Shown here piece by piece: positions 33,561 through 36,815 of a stretch of DNA of 36,815 nucleotides; within the stretch, counting starts at the first letter, position 1, and each line of letters begins with the position of its first letter. A program made the position numbers and the translations under genes. The notes beneath the pieces were generated by a model that saw only the letters and a list, made by a program, of their open reading frames with translations, was not told the DNA's origin and searched no databases. Source of the stretch: Gemmatimonadales bacterium (lineage in GTDB: Bacteria > Gemmatimonadota > Gemmatimonadetes > Gemmatimonadales > GWC2-71-9); assembly GCA_044221825.1 (NCBI GenBank), contig JBGAOL010000001.1, positions 1 to 36,815 on the forward strand. Direction: 5' to 3'.

Positions 33561-33578
33561 GCATTCGCGCGCGAATGC
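33561..33578. promoter_or_regulatory. Perfect 18-bp palindrome in the divergent ccm / cytochrome control region (candidate operator)
   Basis: The sequence gcattcgcgcgcgaatgc is its own reverse complement. It lies in the 310-bp spacer (33421-33730), which also contains the most AT-rich stretch of the window (about 33595-33720). Confidence 0.35.
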
Positions 33579-33730
33579 CGCGTTGGCCGGCAAGGAATGA
33601 ACCTCTCTTTATATGAGGAGAGGATTGGGCTTCCATGAAGCAAGTCTCATTTCAATCCACCTTGCTTTCAATACTCCCCGTTGTAATGTAGGCGCTACAC
33701 CGGCACAACCTATTTCCAGTGGACCCGCGC

Positions 33731-35314
33731 ATGCCTGCTTCGATCACAGGGCGCCGAGGGACGGGAGCTTTCGTCGCGCTAATTGCGCTGACGCTGCTCG
33801 GCGCTTGCACCGATACCAACACCGTCTTCCGGGACCGCGACTTCAACCCGCCCCCCGACGCCGAGAGCGGCTTCCTCGGCTACTACTCGGTCGAGGCGGG
33901 CCAGACCACCTGCGGCAACTGCCACGTCGACCACCAGGCCGACTGGTCCACGCACGCGCATTCCGACGCCTGGGCCACGCTCCAGGCCTCGGGCCACGCG
34001 CAGTCGTACTGCGAGGGCTGTCACACCGTGAGCGAGCTGGGCAACAAGGTGGACAGCGCCGCCGGCTACACCAAGGTGAAGGACCCGGCCTACCAGGACG
34101 TGCAGTGCGAGAGCTGCCACGGCCCCGGCGAGGCGCACGTGACCGCGCCCGACGCGGTGGCCCCGCCGCTGGCCCGGGTCAACGCCGATACCAGCAGCAA
34201 TTCGGGCACCTGCGCCGAGTGCCATAACGGGACGCATCATCCGTTCGTGGAGCAGTGGGAACAGTCGCGGCACGCGGAGGCCAATGCCGAGGTCGTGGAC
34301 GAAGCCATCACCACGCCGGCCACCTATGCCTCCTGCCTGGCGTGCCACGAGGGACGGGGCGCCCTCAAGGCCTGGGGCGTGACCGACAACTTCGTGGAAC
34401 GCGACGACGCGCTCTCCCACAGCAACGCCCTCGGGATCACCTGCGCCGTCTGCCACGACCCCCACGGCTCGGGCAACCCTGGCCAGTTGCGCTACTCGAT
34501 CACGGATCCCACGCTCGAGGGGAACCTCTGCATGAAGTGCCATGCCCGGCGCTTCGAGCCGCAGCTCACCTCGAATCGCGGGCCGCACGCGCCGCAGGGT
34601 CCGGTGTTCCTCGGCACCGGCGGCTGGTTCCCGCCGGGCGTCGATACCACCCCGCAGCCCAGCACCCACGGCGACGCGACCGCCAATCCGCGCCTCTGCG
34701 CCGGCTGCCACGTGGCGCAGTTCACGGTCACCGACAGCGCCACCGGCAACTTCCAGCTGCAGTCGGTCGGTCACCTGTTCCGGCCCATTCCCTGCCTCGA
34801 CCCGCAGGGCAACCCGGTGGGGGGCAACGCCTGCGGTTACACCGCGCTGGAGCGCAGCTGGGCCAGCTGCACCGGCAGCGGCTGTCACACCGACGCGGCC
34901 GCCGTGGTGCAGGCCTTCGACGCCAACCGCGCCATCCTGGCGACGCTGGCGGACCAGATCTGGATCGACAGCGACAACGACGGCACCGTGGACGCCTCGG
35001 ACCAGGGGCTCCTGGCCCAGGTGGTGGCCGGCGCGCCGACCAACCAGTTCAGCACCACGGACGGCCTGATCACCGTGGCCGAGGGCGCCCTCTACAACGT
35101 CCGCATGCTCGGTGAGGGCCGCTACGCCAACGGCGACAAGTCGATGGGCGTGCACAACCCGTTCCTCTCGCAGAAGCTCCTGGCCGTCTCCATCCAGGCG
35201 CTGCACACCCAGTATCCCTTCCTGCCCGCCCCGCCGGCCGCCGTCCGGGCCGTGGTGCAGCAGGCGCTGGCCAAGGCCGCCTCGGCCGGGCACGCGACCG
35301 TCAGCCTCCGCTAA
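33731..35314 (+). CDS. Periplasmic multihaem c-type cytochrome lipoprotein (8 CXXCH motifs plus 1 CX4CH)
   Basis: The track ORF 33719-35314 was taken from the ATG at 33731, giving 527 aa. Lipobox ALTLLGAC. Haem motifs CGNCH, CEGCH, CESCH, CAECH, CLACH, CAVCH, CMKCH, CAGCH, plus CTGSGCH. Confidence 0.85.
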   Translation: MPASITGRRGTGAFVALIALTLLGACTDTNTVFRDRDFNPPPDAESGFLGYYSVEAGQTTCGNCHVDHQADWSTHAHSDAWATLQASGHAQSYCEGCHTVSELGNKVDSAAGYTKVKDPAYQDVQCESCHGPGEAHVTAPDAVAPPLARVNADTSSNSGTCAECHNGTHHPFVEQWEQSRHAEANAEVVDEAITTPATYASCLACHEGRGALKAWGVTDNFVERDDALSHSNALGITCAVCHDPHGSGNPGQLRYSITDPTLEGNLCMKCHARRFEPQLTSNRGPHAPQGPVFLGTGGWFPPGVDTTPQPSTHGDATANPRLCAGCHVAQFTVTDSATGNFQLQSVGHLFRPIPCLDPQGNPVGGNACGYTALERSWASCTGSGCHTDAAAVVQAFDANRAILATLADQIWIDSDNDGTVDASDQGLLAQVVAGAPTNQFSTTDGLITVAEGALYNVRMLGEGRYANGDKSMGVHNPFLSQKLLAVSIQALHTQYPFLPAPPAAVRAVVQQALAKAASAGHATVSLR

Positions 35315-35353
35315 TCCAGCGGATGCGACGATTCACCCGCAGTAGCGCCAGTC

Positions 35354-35375
35354 CGGGCGGGCCCTGGTCCGCCCG
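35354..35375 (+). other. GC-rich hairpin between the two cytochrome genes
   Basis: cgggcgg (35354-35360), an 8-nt loop, then ccgcccg (35369-35375). It lies 40 nt after the upstream stop and 22 nt before the next ATG. There is no U-tract. Confidence 0.25.
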
Positions 35376-35396
35376 AGCTGGCGTCCTTGCAATCCG

Positions 35397-36815
35397 ATGA
35401 TCCAGATCCCGCAGGACACGCTGCACATGCCGATCAACCCCGTGGATTCGGTGGTGTCGGCCCCGACGTACGACAACGTCACGCCCATCATCCAGTGGAT
35501 CTTCCAGCAGCCGCCCTGGGTGATGTGGGGGGGGGTCGTCATCGGCGCCGCCTGCGCGCTGATCGTCCTGTGGTGGGCCTGGCCCCGCCGCGACGCCGGG
35601 CTCAGCTGGATCCGCACCCGCAGCACCGGGGTCAAGGCCACCCTTGTTGGTGGCGCCGCCGTGGCGGTCCTCGTGGCCCTCGGCGTCGGCTACAGCGGCT
35701 TCCACTTCATGGAAACCGACCGGCGCTTCTGCAACGGCTGCCACATCTTCGTGCCGAGCGGCCAGGCCTGGGTGCTGCCGGACACCGGGAGCTACACCCT
35801 GGTGCCCCGGCTCGAGGGCAAGCACGACACCATCAACTGCCACACCTGCCACACCCTGAAGCCGCTCAAGGAAGCGGTGAAGATGTTCTTCTGGATGTCG
35901 GGGCACCGGGAAGACAAGATCCCGGAGCACGGCAAGGTGCCCACGACCATCTGCTCTTCCTGTCACGTGCAGGGCGCCGCCAAGGAAACCTGGCAGGCCA
36001 TCGCCGCCACGGCGGGCCACCGGGTGCACCTGGAATCGGACTCCTCGGCGATGCAGGACAAGAAGGAATGCCTCACCTGCCACGCCAAGACGGCGCACCG
36101 GTTCCAGCCGCCCAACGAGACCTGCGGCCAGTCCGGCTGCCACAAGGAAGACGACATCAAGATCCGCCTGGGCAAGATGTCCCAGATCGGCGACTTCCAC
36201 TGTGGGGCCTGTCACAACTTCACCGTGGGCGTGCCCGCGCTGGCCACCACCGACTCGGCCGCGGGCGCGATGACGCCCAACCTCGACAAGTGCTTCTCCT
36301 GCCACGAGATGAAGAAGCGGCTCCCCGACTTCGACATCACGAAGGACCCGCACTCCGGGACCTGCGGCATGTGCCACAATCCGCACATCCAGGTGAAGGC
36401 CGGCGAGGCCGTGAAGAGCTGCGCCACCGCCCAGTGCCACGCCGACTGGCGGGAGGAGCCCTTCCACGTGGGCACCGCCCACAAGAAGGTGGCCACCGAC
36501 TGCCTCACCTGCCACATGCCGCACGCGGCCAAGGTGGATGCGAGCGACTGTGAGGGCTGCCACGAGGCGGTGAAGGTCAACAAGCGGAACGGCCGGCGCT
36601 TCAACCCGCCGATGCCGTTCGATACCACCAAGGCCCTGCGGCAGTCGGCCGCACCGGCGCCGGCGCACCCGGACCCGGTCTTCCATGAGGTTCCCACGAA
36701 GGTGCGGGGGGATGGCCCCCCCGCGCCGGCCCCGGATCCCGTCCGGGAGAGCAAGGTGAAGGGCGACGCGCCTCCCCTCGACGACCCCGGGCCGGCCCCC
36801 GCGCCCCCCGGGGCC
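35397..36815 (+). CDS. Membrane-anchored NapC/NirT/NrfH-like multihaem cytochrome c (9 CXXCH plus 2 CX4CH seen); 3' end beyond the window
   Basis: Hand translation (no stop in the window, so it is absent from the track): MIQIPQDTLHMPINPVDS..PWVMWGGVVIGAACALIVLWWAW..ATLVGGAAVAVLVALGVGYSGFHFMETDRRFCNGCHIF..INCHTCH..CSSCH..CLTCH..CGQSGCH..CGACH..CFSCH..CGMCH..CATAQCH..CLTCH..CEGCH.., then a Pro/Ala-rich tail. An in-frame TAG lies at 35343-35345. There is no clear Shine-Dalgarno site, so the internal ATG (MPINP) is an alternative start. Confidence 0.8.
   Translation, partial: MIQIPQDTLHMPINPVDSVVSAPTYDNVTPIIQWIFQQPPWVMWGGVVIGAACALIVLWWAWPRRDAGLSWIRTRSTGVKATLVGGAAVAVLVALGVGYSGFHFMETDRRFCNGCHIFVPSGQAWVLPDTGSYTLVPRLEGKHDTINCHTCHTLKPLKEAVKMFFWMSGHREDKIPEHGKVPTTICSSCHVQGAAKETWQAIAATAGHRVHLESDSSAMQDKKECLTCHAKTAHRFQPPNETCGQSGCHKEDDIKIRLGKMSQIGDFHCGACHNFTVGVPALATTDSAAGAMTPNLDKCFSCHEMKKRLPDFDITKDPHSGTCGMCHNPHIQVKAGEAVKSCATAQCHADWREEPFHVGTAHKKVATDCLTCHMPHAAKVDASDCEGCHEAVKVNKRNGRRFNPPMPFDTTKALRQSAAPAPAHPDPVFHEVPTKVRGDGPPAPAPDPVRESKVKGDAPPLDDPGPAPAPPGA

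Noticed and set aside
35301-36686. 461-aa minus-strand ORF and the 388-aa plus-strand track ORF 35387-36553
   Set aside because: The third frame (from the ATG at 35397) contains 9 CXXCH motifs and a NapC-like anchor. The two track ORFs are Arg/His/Pro/Gly-rich frames overlapping that gene.

Overview
High-GC bacterial chromosomal segment (roughly 70% G+C by eye). Third-codon-position G/C bias is strong enough that long antisense shadow ORFs fill the six-frame track. The gene content (several Hanks-type Ser/Thr kinases, a TIGR02999-like ECF sigma factor, Gly/Pro/Arg-rich linkers) would fit a soil Gemmatimonadota/Acidobacteriota-like organism. I cannot assign taxonomy from sequence alone.
Layout:
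(1) 1-3366, minus strand: at least 11 tandem, translationally coupled paralogs of a small membrane-anchored coiled-coil protein ending in a near-invariant ERLDF(T/A)ERLL box. I cannot name a family for it, and it is the best candidate for an undescribed system.
(2) 3488-5037: L-serine dehydratase subunits sdaAA and sdaAB.
(3) 5094-12896, all minus strand: a small ORF, a Ser/Thr kinase, a DPP-IV-type S9 peptidase, and a TPR Ser/Thr kinase coupled to an ECF sigma factor.
(4) 13032-17353: a Gly-linker lipoprotein, a LemA-GYF fusion, a Tic22-like secreted protein and a third Ser/Thr kinase.
(5) 17395-20259: uvrA.
(6) 20345-27264: a block in which five genes, plus the 3' end of a sixth, can only be read by hopping frames at G/C homopolymer runs. 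They surround an intact ABC exporter ATPase and a mostly intact permease.
(7) 27542-29427: a lipoprotein and a small outer-membrane beta-barrel.
(8) 29428-33420: a ccmF-ccmH operon bracketed by two zinc-ribbon membrane proteins.
(9) 33731-36815: two multihaem c-type cytochromes, transcribed divergently from the ccm operon.
I recognised no rRNA, tRNA, CRISPR array, transposase or integrase. Two edge-truncated ORFs (1-290 minus, 35397-36815 plus) are absent from the ORF track and were translated by hand.
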